From: Takakia lepidozioides
Lineage: Eukaryota; Plantae; Bryophyta
Direction: 5' to 3'
DNA: 64,000 bases
Assembly: GCA_030704615.1 (NCBI GenBank)
Contig: CM060733.1
Coordinates: 38,254,001 to 38,318,000, forward strand
Below, in pieces: positions 26,415-35,540 of this stretch; position 1 is the stretch's first letter; the number at the start of each line of letters is the position of its first letter. The notes under the pieces are model-generated. The model saw only the letters and a list, made by a program, of their open reading frames with translations. It had not been told where the DNA came from and ran no database searches. Both the position numbers and the translations under genes were made by a program.

Positions 26415-27345
26415 TCGAATGAAGGATACCCCGCACTTCTTGAGCGCATCAAGACCCATAGGGCCTTCTCCGCAAATAGTACAAAAAAGCGAAGTATTAC
26501 TAGTAGCACTACTGACCATAGGGTGACCGATGTCGAGGATGAGGGCCAGACTAGTGAGGATGAGGATGAGGGTGAGCGACGTGAGGATGAGGGCGAGAGT
26601 GATCGGGGTGATGATGATGGTTCGCAGGATGATATGTTGACCCTCGAGGACCTTGAAGTCCATGAGGGTATCTAGTACTATAGAAGATGCATATTATATA
26701 ATGCTTGTACATGATAGGAGCCTTGTTATGTTTTATTGATTATTTCTAGCAGCAGTTGCTTGTCATCTAATTTGCGATGTCTCTCGCGGGCTTGCTTTGT
26801 TGTGTGGACATATAGATTACACCTACAAAGAGGCTCTAGGAAGGTTCTCGGCCCCAAGAAAGGTACTACAATTTACAAGGCGACCGGCCAATGTGCGGGG
26901 GTAATATAAAGCAAATAAATAAAATAAGATGAAAACATCATTTGAGGGGCGACCCCCTGGGGGTCGCTTTAGGATTCACCCAAGCATGCCCCTTCCTGTC
27001 GCCTGGAAACACCGACCCCCCGTGGGTCGCTTTAGGTCCTGCGCGTCGCTTATAAGCATCGACCCCCTGGGGGTCGGTTTAGGATTAACACAAGCAAATC
27101 CGTCCACCGACCCCCTGGTGGTCGCTTTCTGCTCCCCAATAACTTCCCGTGAATCGATTCCCTAGGGGTCGCTACTAGCGAAACCCCGGCCCATCTATAC
27201 CAGTCACTACGTAACTCCGACCCCCCGGGGGTCGCACAGTGGTGATACCACGACCCCCGCCATACCTGTCGCTAAGTAACTCCAACCCCCTGGGGGTCGC
27301 ACAGTGGCGATATCACGACCCCCGCCATACCCGTCGCTATGTATT
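26415..27345 (+). mobile_element. 3' remnant of a DNA transposon: acidic ORF tail followed by CGACCCCCTGGGGGTCG palindrome array
   Basis: The reading frame ends ...DVEDEGQTSEDEDEG...LEVHEGI* (~26675). About 9 copies of a CGACCCC(C/T)NGGGGTCG palindrome follow at 26950-27335. Confidence 0.55.
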
Positions 27346-27570
27346 ACCGCGGTTGGGGACATCTCAACGCTACAAAACCAACAAAACAGACAAACAACCA
27401 TTTTTCGCCAATTTCCAGTGACCAAAAGTACTTGAAATTCCATATCTCAGAAAAAACCAATTTATTGTTTTCCATGAATTTATTGAGTAGTTTTTATCCA
27501 GTCATTGTCCTAGGAAATCCCACTTTGTTATTTTTGCAATCTCCCCTGTCGAGGCTTCATGTATTGATAT
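27346..27570 (-). mobile_element. Helitron-type repeat, left part of a copy split by the 27579-44974 insertion
   Basis: Shares modules AATTTCCAGTGACCAAAAGTACTTGAAATTCC and CCCCTGTCGAGGCTTCAT.TATTGATATATCCA with 45640-45730. The sequence resumes as TCCACTTTGCTATTTT at 44983. Confidence 0.7.
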
Positions 27571-27769
27571 ATCCAGATCCCGGTTATCAGCGTCACGTCA
27601 GTCAGTCAATGTCAGGTCACGTCAAACCTGACGCTAAAAGGACCTCCGTCACGTCACGTTCGGGGAATATTCTGGTAAAACTAGTACTAGGTAAAATACT
27701 GCCACTTAAGCAGCCACGTCGTCGACACGGTGGTGGTGGCAAATATATTTTGAAAATTAACAAAATGAA

Positions 27770-28425
27770 TGCGACCGCTAATTCACTTTTTTTTTTAAAT
27801 AAAAAAATAAATAGCGACCGCCATTTTGGTGGTCGCTTCAATTTATTTAAAAAAAAAAGCAAGGCGGTCGCACAATTTTGCAAATATATACAAAACAATC
27901 GACCGCCATATGGCGGTCGGTTAATTTCAAAATTATTTAAAAAAACAAGCGACATATGAAAATAAAAGTGACTGCCACACCGGTGGACGCTTATTTTAAA
28001 ATAAAACAATATTTGCGACCGCCAAGCTGGTAGTCGCATAAATTTAAAAATATATAAAGTAAAAGCGACGGCCAAACTGGCAGTCGCATAAATTTAAAAA
28101 TATATTAAATAAAAACGACCGCCAAACTAGCGCGCTTAAACTTGAAAATATAAAGATTAAAGCGACTTGGCAGTCGCGTTTTTTTAAAATATTAAGAATA
28201 AAAGCAACCACCATATTGGCGGTTGCTTTATTTTAAATATGTAAACAAATGATGCGACCGCCATACCGGCGGTCGCATTATATTTTTAAATAAAAAACAT
28301 TAGCAACCGCCATATGGGCGGTCGCTTAAATTTAAAAATATACAAAATAGGAGCGACCGCAATAGTAGCAGTCGTTTGTGTTTCATAAACAATAAAAATA
28401 GCGACCGCAGTATTAGCGGTCACTT
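27770..28425. repeat. Left subterminal array of GCGACCGCC-N4-GGCGGTCGC palindromes with AT-rich spacers
   Basis: About 12-13 degenerate copies at roughly 55-bp spacing. Confidence 0.9.
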
Positions 28426-28829
28426 AATTTTAAAATTATAACAAATATGGTTATACCGTTTTTTTTGGGTAGGCGCTATTGGTTCGTCATTTATTCATTT
28501 CACTTTCATTTCACTTTCACCCTTCCTGGAGCATATATAAGGGAACAGGGTCACCAAGCTCATCACTTCTTTTGGCACAAACACTTGAGGTTGCTTTGGA
28601 TGTTATCTTCCATTGAACGAAAGTGTGGCCCAAGAGAAGGGTGCGCACCTTTTGCCGTTGTGGCTTCCACCAAAGCCACTTCAGCAGATTGTGTATAAGC
28701 TCAACACTACAACGCGCATCGACCCACTTGGGTTGGTGACAGGTGTAGAAGTGTTGGGCTATCGCATTGCACTCTACATTCACAATACGTTCATTTATAG
28801 GTGATTGTTTTTTGTTGCTTACATCACTA

Positions 28830-29062
28830 GGGCCCAGGGGAGTGGATATTGGGTGAAGATGAGGGAGGAATGGAGCCCTTGGTATACGGTAATCCCGAAC
28901 ACTGTCAGTGTCACTGGCAGTGTTGAGTGCAACCTATGTGGACTGAAGCTTTCTTATCGTAAGGATCGACTGCTCGCTCACTTTGGCTATACAGGTGTGA
29001 AGAGTGCCGGGGTGGGTTTATGCCCTAAAGCATTTATGCGGGTAAAAAACCATTTTGCCTAG
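28830..29062 (+). pseudogene. BED-type zinc-finger fragment (hAT transposase N-terminus-like)
   Basis: EEWSPWY..VECNLCGLKLSYRKDRLLAHFGY..GVGLCPK fits the W..C-x2-C..H..C pattern of plant hAT BED fingers, and ends in a stop. Confidence 0.6.
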
Positions 29063-29734
29063 TGTGGAGGCAATATTCCAATGTCTCTGGATGTGGACAT
29101 GACCTCTGCTCCCATGCCAACAACATTAAGTCCACTAGGACTGCAATATTCCAAATTCCGTATCAGTCAAAATGGACATGAAACCAAGAACTGAGCACCA
29201 AATCTCCAATTCATTCAATTTATGGTGGGCCGTGGCTTTAAGCTGGCCGGGGTGGCTGATACGTTCGTTTGAACATGACAATCTCAAATGACCTGATGTT
29301 GTTGGCATGGGAATAACAAAAAGAGTACTACAGAATTCAGATAGAGGAACAACAATAGCATCAAACACCTTACTGTAAATATGATTGTTGACATTGGTTA
29401 TGACAGCTGCGATCAATAGAGAACTCGCACCATCAGTTGCAACTTGCACTCCAGCAGCAGTACCGGTCCGCCGAGTACATAAAGTTCCGTTGTAAATAAT
29501 AAATTGCATTCGCTCGAACCTCACGGATGTCATTTCAACAAAACCGGCCGTATACTGTGTCACTGTTTGTATGTTCCAATGTTCCAACGTTTTTGATAAG
29601 GTTATGAGAAAAACGATGTATTGGTTCCGTACTAGGAGTTAGACAACTTACGTTCCATATCTCATTCTCATGGGCGACACTACCATAAGAGGCATGGGTC
29701 TGTAAGTAACAGGTGTACATGTAACCTCCGGACG

Positions 29735-30505
29735 TGCGTTGAGACAACATAACGACGAGTGTTTGGAAGTGAAGTTCCAGCATCCGGGGGTTATCTCATA
29801 TTTTACTGTGAATGCACGTGAGGTAGAGGGTTACATTCGCTGGTGGAATGGGGGGACAATACGCGACATGATGAACCTTGACAGAAAATATGGCAACGAT
29901 TCGGACAACAGGGTGATTCTAGAACAAAAGGAAACGCAAAGTTCTAGGAATGCGACCGCTTGCTTTGTTTCCGGAAAGTGCGCAGTAAACTTGCATGGGC
30001 ATTGGTGTGCATCATGGATGCTATCCATAAAAACAGTGTCATGCACAACGACTTGTCCCCGACAACATCTTGCTGCATTTTCCAGATGGCACCGAGGAGA
30101 TCAAGATTGGGGTGTGTGATTAGGGCTTAGCCATCCCATTGGGCATATGCAAAGCCTCGCCGTACCAGTTTGAAAACCAAGACAAGTTGGACCGGGAACT
30201 CGCGAAAAGATAGTGGGTGGAAAAAGATATTGCATTGGTTTTTAATGTGAATGCCATGGCCCCCCCCAGGACATGATGTCGGAGGCCTTTGCCGTTGGGA
30301 AGATAGCGATACGAATAAATGACGGCGCTCATTATGATCAAAATATATTTGAGGACCAATTTACGGGAGGTTGTTGGCATTCAATGCTACAAAGGTTGTA
30401 CGACAACAACAAAGAAAGAAAGAGTCACATTAGCCCATGTAGTACTTCGGTTCATGGGCAAGCCATTCAATTGGCCTGAGCCCAAAGACGTATATATGAC
30501 GGAGT
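29735..30505 (+). pseudogene. Protein kinase pseudogene, C-terminal part (inverted relative to its N-terminal part)
   Basis: ALRQHNDECLEVKFQHPGVI..WWNGGTIRDM, then in a shifted frame DAIHKNSVMHNDLSPDNILLHF..IKIGVCD*GLA (catalytic loop and DFG-equivalent), and SEAFAVGKIA. Stops and frameshifts are present. Confidence 0.8.
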
Positions 30506-30869
30506 AGACCACAGTCTCGTATATATGAGATTTGCATCGGTACAATGGTTCTTTACTGAAGACAGAACTCAATTTTGATCGTGCATGTAATAAATAAAGT
30601 CTCATTGTAAATATTACATTGCATATGCTCGACCCTGGCACCTGTCATCGCAACATAAATGGTTTGTGTATTGTCTCACGGTTTATATTTGTAATGTTCC
30701 AAAGTTTCTGCTAGGGTTCCGAGAAAACGATGTATTAGTTCCGTAGGAGTTAAACAACTAACGTCCCACATCTCATTCGGATGTGCGACCCTAGCATAAG
30801 AGGTATAAGTTTGAAAGTAACATGTGCACATGCGACCTCCGAAGTCCGAACGTTCGAAACTAGGTCCAC

Positions 30870-31266
30870 CGAATGGTTTCTCTGGATTTTTGGACTTGGG
30901 TTTTTTTCCCGCTAGCTCCCAACGCTCCGGTATTCTAGAATCGCCAACAATCCTACACTGACGGACCTTAGCATATCCTCCTTCTTTGTAAGGGCCAATC
31001 TCTACCACCTTTGCACTTGAGTTCAGGTAATAAAGACCAGTTGGGCCTCCCCCGCCCGATGACCCTACCTTCCAAGGGACAATAGTCCGGCGATGTGAAT
31101 TCTGTCGAGCAAGCCCAATACTTGACATGCCGCATTAACTCAGCTTTGGCGGAGGGCACCCGACCCTCAATTGTTCTACCCTTCCATGTCTTCATTAGCT
31201 GCCTTAAATTCCACGTGGCGTCTTTCGCCCTGCTTTGGATCCACTTGTCCCTGTCCGCCGTCCACT
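30870..31266 (-). pseudogene. Protein kinase pseudogene, middle part (subdomains I-II)
   Basis: WTADRDKWIQ..LMRHVKYWACSTEF..(frameshift)GLYYLN..EIGPYKEGGYAKVRQCRI..ELAGKKPKSKNP gives the Gly-rich loop and AxK lysine. Confidence 0.75.
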
Positions 31267-32364
31267 GGGGGGTGCTATTCCGTGAGCCCGGAGATGTGAG
31301 CCTGTGAGCCTAGGAGCCCGTGAGCCCAGCACAGGCTCACGCCACGTCAGCATGTATACAGGATCTATTTTCGCGGGTGTCACCTATTACCGCGGGTTGA
31401 TCAGCCCTTTCCAGGGAATGCAGATTGGATGTGTTACATCCATTATATCCATCCTTTCTATCCATTGCATCCATTTAGACGTTATTAACATACCAAGCCC
31501 TTGCATTGGAATGTGGCTACGTCGTGAGTAGGTGCACACTCACATCATCCAAAGCGGATCCCTGGGAAATGTTTTCTTACGCACCACCCTTGCGAACATA
31601 TATGATATGTGCAGGAGCTCATGGATGCTCACCAGAAGAATGCCTGAACGATATTTGATCACGTGGATGTTAACGTGATGGATTTACCAAGCATTCTTCT
31701 GGCGAGAATGGTTTGGAGACTAACGAGCAAATGATGCGAGAATGCTTTGCCCAAACCAAAGACGATTGTTTGTTTTTGCAATGCACACAAGCCTGTGAGC
31801 TCCGGAAAACACTAAAGAGATTGAAGGAACAATCCAGGCAGTCCATGCAACCCCCATCTCCAACGATAGTTTGTTCCCAAGAATTTGCATCTCACGCACA
31901 CATTGCAAACAGGACAACAAGGACACACAACCATCCCATTTCAAAATTGGCCCCGAATAAAAGTAAGAGAAAACTTGATATCAAGTGTCACAGTCATCAA
32001 AATCAGAATTGACCTCCTGTGCTATGTCATCCACAAAGATTCTGGCCCCAACACCACGTCCTCTACCACGGCCGTCGATGGTTGGACTGCGAGTGCCATG
32101 AACGGACATGCTTGCTGCGAGTGCCTCTGCATAGACGGGTAGCATGTAAGACTGAGGAGGACTTGAAAGAAGTCCAAAAAGGTGTGATAGCCCTGGAGGG
32201 TCAGTGGAAGCAAACGGACTCCTGCACAAGTCGACAAAAACCCATTTTGAATACAATGATGCAATGCACAAGTCCAACGAAGAGGATGTCTCCCATGTGC
32301 ACTTTGCCTTAAGAACAGTGATTCTGGGTATTGAAACAAGAATGCAAGCATCCACAGGTTGAAC

Positions 32365-34570
32365 TTACTCACAGGCAAAGTCGGAGTCCAGCTCTTTGTC
32401 GGACGTCTCCCCTGTATCAATATCACCGGGAAGGGGCTTCGGAAGGACTTAGAAGTGTGTCCACCCAAACCCATCAGGAGGTTCTTGCAAATTTCGGCAT
32501 CCCCTTCAATCCCAAAGAGATGTCACGCATTGGCCTTGCAAGCGTGGTACGAAGCACCTGCAATGGAATAGAAGGAAAGAAACACACATTGAAGACTCAT
32601 TTGGAACGGTGGGAAGTGCTGAAAGTGCAGGCTCAAACAAACCCGATCAAATGTGAATGTTGAAGAGACGAACCTGTGCCCATTGACAAATCCAGAACTC
32701 TGGCGTCGGTGTAGGTCATACCGAAGGCTTTCAAATAGCTGGCAAGTGCACGGTGACAGCAAAGGTCGATGGACTGGATGAGCACCAAAACACCTGCATC
32801 AGACAGAAAGAAATTGCAAAAGGAGAAAACCCACCGCCAGTAGCGCTCATCAAAAGCATTCCAACCTGGACAAGCACCCGCTGGAGGGACATCCGGGACT
32901 GGCAACCCATCAGGGATGTCCAAGATGATGAGTTCGGCTGCATATGGCTTCTTTTTCCCGTTCACCCAGGATTGGTCATTTTAGCCTGCAAACAAGCATG
33001 CAATGGAATGCTCAAGAGGATTGAAATGACCCATGCCCACAACACACAAGAAGCAAAAGACAACACGCACCGTGCCGAGGAACTCCACAATCCTCTCCCA
33101 CACTGGTGATGGATCGCCCTTGTAATCAGATTTCTTCGACTCCATCATGGCAAGGAACCCGACGTTGGCCATCTACAACCTGGTAGGGCGAATGATCCTC
33201 GTGGGATGCTCCACTGCATGGTATGGGTCCTTAGGATCAACCACCCCCTTGTTCTTTCTCCCGGATCCCCTACCATGCGGTGGAGTCTTTTTGGTCTGCT
33301 GGATATCCGCCGCAGGGCCAGTTTCTGCAACACTTCCCTGCCCACCTACCTGCCCTTGCGCTCCCTTCCCCCTACCCCTTCCTTTCCCCACACCAACAGC
33401 AACATCCTTTCCCTTTGCCTTTCTACCTTTACCCGGGGTATCTTGAGCGGGAGGCTCCTTCTCTGCAAGTGTCCTCAAATTTCCATCATGAATCTCGAGG
33501 TCGGTAGCCGCGGCAGTGGCTGCTACACGCTCATTCTCTCTCCTCAAAGACACCTCCTATGCCGGGGTCTCAGAAATAGGGCAATCCAAATACCAACCAC
33601 AGGCAGAAAGATGATCTGGGCCCCATTCCTGCAAGATCCCCGTAGTAAACATGGTCTGGTTGCCAGCAGGAACAAGCCACAGGTCCACGAAATCAGGATG
33701 TTTGTCCAAGCAGTTCTCTGCCATGAGAACATACTTTATGTACCTGCAGGCACAGAGACAGCCTCATTATGCAATGCAACTATTGTCTCCCAGCTTTTCT
33801 ACCACATCACGAAGACCCCCTAAAAGAGTATGCGGCACCGCACACTGCAACCACCGCACACAAAATAGCCTGAAGGGCCCAGGGTGTGCACATTGGTGTT
33901 ACTACACACGGATAGAACAAATGAGTGTGCGGCACTGCACACCCATATGAGCCAGCACAAAATAGGTTGGATGGAGGAGAGTGTGTCTTGCAAATCAAAG
34001 AAGCATAGTCCATTTCGCACCTGTAAAGGCATTGTTTCCAGGCTTCCTCTCATTTTTCTTGCTGGTCAAGCTCATTCGTTCGACTGATGCCACCCTCCTT
34101 GTTGAACTCCCTGAAGAAACAAGATTGCCACACTGTGGCTCTCCATTTCCGCATGTATGCTTGGAAGGAGATCTTCGGTGCTGTCATGGTGATGCCATAG
34201 TCAGCCAGTTGCGTATGTAGAACAGATTGGGCCCTTTCCTCCAACTGCAAAACAATTCAATGCAAGAATGAACCAGAAAACAATCACAGCCACTGTAACA
34301 TGGATTGAGAACGACAGAAAAGTAAAATGAAAATGACACAACAAAGGACATCATACCTAGCTCCCGAATGACCCCATGGCGACGATGACGACAAAATGCA
34401 AAGCACAGGGCCTGGGGAACATGTGGGTATCCCTAACAGTGGGATCGGAGTTCCATATCTGTAGCCACTTCACCTTCTGTTTTGAAGTCACAACGGCGGT
34501 AGACAACCTGTGCAACTTCTCCTGGGCCATCTCTGGCTTGCCTGGCTTGTTGAAATGGTTTTTCACCTCT
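32365..34570 (-). pseudogene. Multi-exon cargo gene with C-terminal beta-class DNA amino-methyltransferase (N6-adenine/N4-cytosine)-like domain; decayed and 5'-truncated
   Basis: ELIILDIPDG (motif IV-like, 32909-32920), then FLSDAGVLVL, RVLDLSMGTG, a GT-AG intron at 32673-32558, and ASYHACKANA*HLFGIEGDAEICKNLL. This matches the VLDPFMGSGTT..ACK..GR.FIGIE.D consensus of N6_N4_Mtase enzymes. Upstream is a basic GKGRGRGKG linker and further exons with in-frame stops. Confidence 0.75.
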
Positions 34571-35333
34571 TGATGCTTTCAGAAACGATTACGAAGTAAT
34601 CATTTTAAGGATAGCTAAACCATGAACGTCGGATGAAGCCATATCCTTGCAGACTGCTTAATCCTATTGATTAAGACCAATCTACAGTCTCTTAAGCATA
34701 AAAGATCTTAGTTGAAAGGACTGAAGCCTCTTGGTTCATACAAGCAGATGGTAGTCAAGAGAAAACAAGAACTATTTTGAGATGATACACATTCTCACCA
34801 TCTCACGTTCACTCTAGACAGAGATACTTCGAATAGCATGGCTTTACTTCAGAGCTCGTCACATCAGCACAGAAATACACAGAATCACTCTGAGTCCCTC
34901 TAAATACACATTGATCACTGATACTCATACCGCACACCTTCTGAGTTGCGTGCAGTCTTTTTATACTATGCTCGAAAGAGCCGTTACAGCCTGCGGTCGT
35001 TAATGACCGTTTGCCTAACTGCCTACACAACCTAAAAGGTTTGCAAAAAAGTGGCTCGTTGTAGTGGTCGTGAGCCATAGTGGTAAACGGTCCACTACTC
35101 CCTCTATTGGTTAAAGCCGATGTTGTCGTGACCGTGTGATATCGTGGTTCACGGCTCACAGTTACTACACTACCCCTTACTGCTCTCGTGGTAGTGTACC
35201 CTTGTCCCGCCATTGGCTAAGTACCGCGCACTTAGCCGTCTCTGCCTGTGGCTCAGGTAGTGTACGTCCATCACTACCCAGTATGTCCCGTTGCGACCCT
35301 CGTTGTCTGTCCCTCGTAGCATAGCCGTTATCA
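34571..35333 (-). mobile_element. 3' LTR of the Ty3/Gypsy element
   Basis: On the minus strand it starts TGATAACGG immediately after the polypurine tract AAAAGAGGGGGGGGAATAAA (35334-35354) and ends ...GCATCA at 34571, where the interrupted cargo ORF resumes. Confidence 0.75.
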
Positions 35334-35540
35334 TTTATTCCCCCCCCCTCTTTTGAAATTGTGTCCGCACAATTTCGTCAGTTCCTGTACTTGCTGTATC
35401 TCTTGGGGATGTAAGGTGGTGGCATGCCTGTCTGCGAGGTAGGAAGTGCGTCCCAGGATTGTCGTGGTGGCAGCTTCTTGTTCCTGTTATCGTCACTGTC
35501 TGGTTGTTCCTCTGGTTCGTGAGTAGGCCAGCTTTCTTCA

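Noticed and set aside
27770-28425. CRISPR array (palindromic repeats with variable spacers; also 43965-44770)
   Set aside because: Eukaryotic context, no cas genes, degenerate repeats, low-complexity mutually similar spacers, and symmetric placement at both ends of a TSD-bounded transposon.
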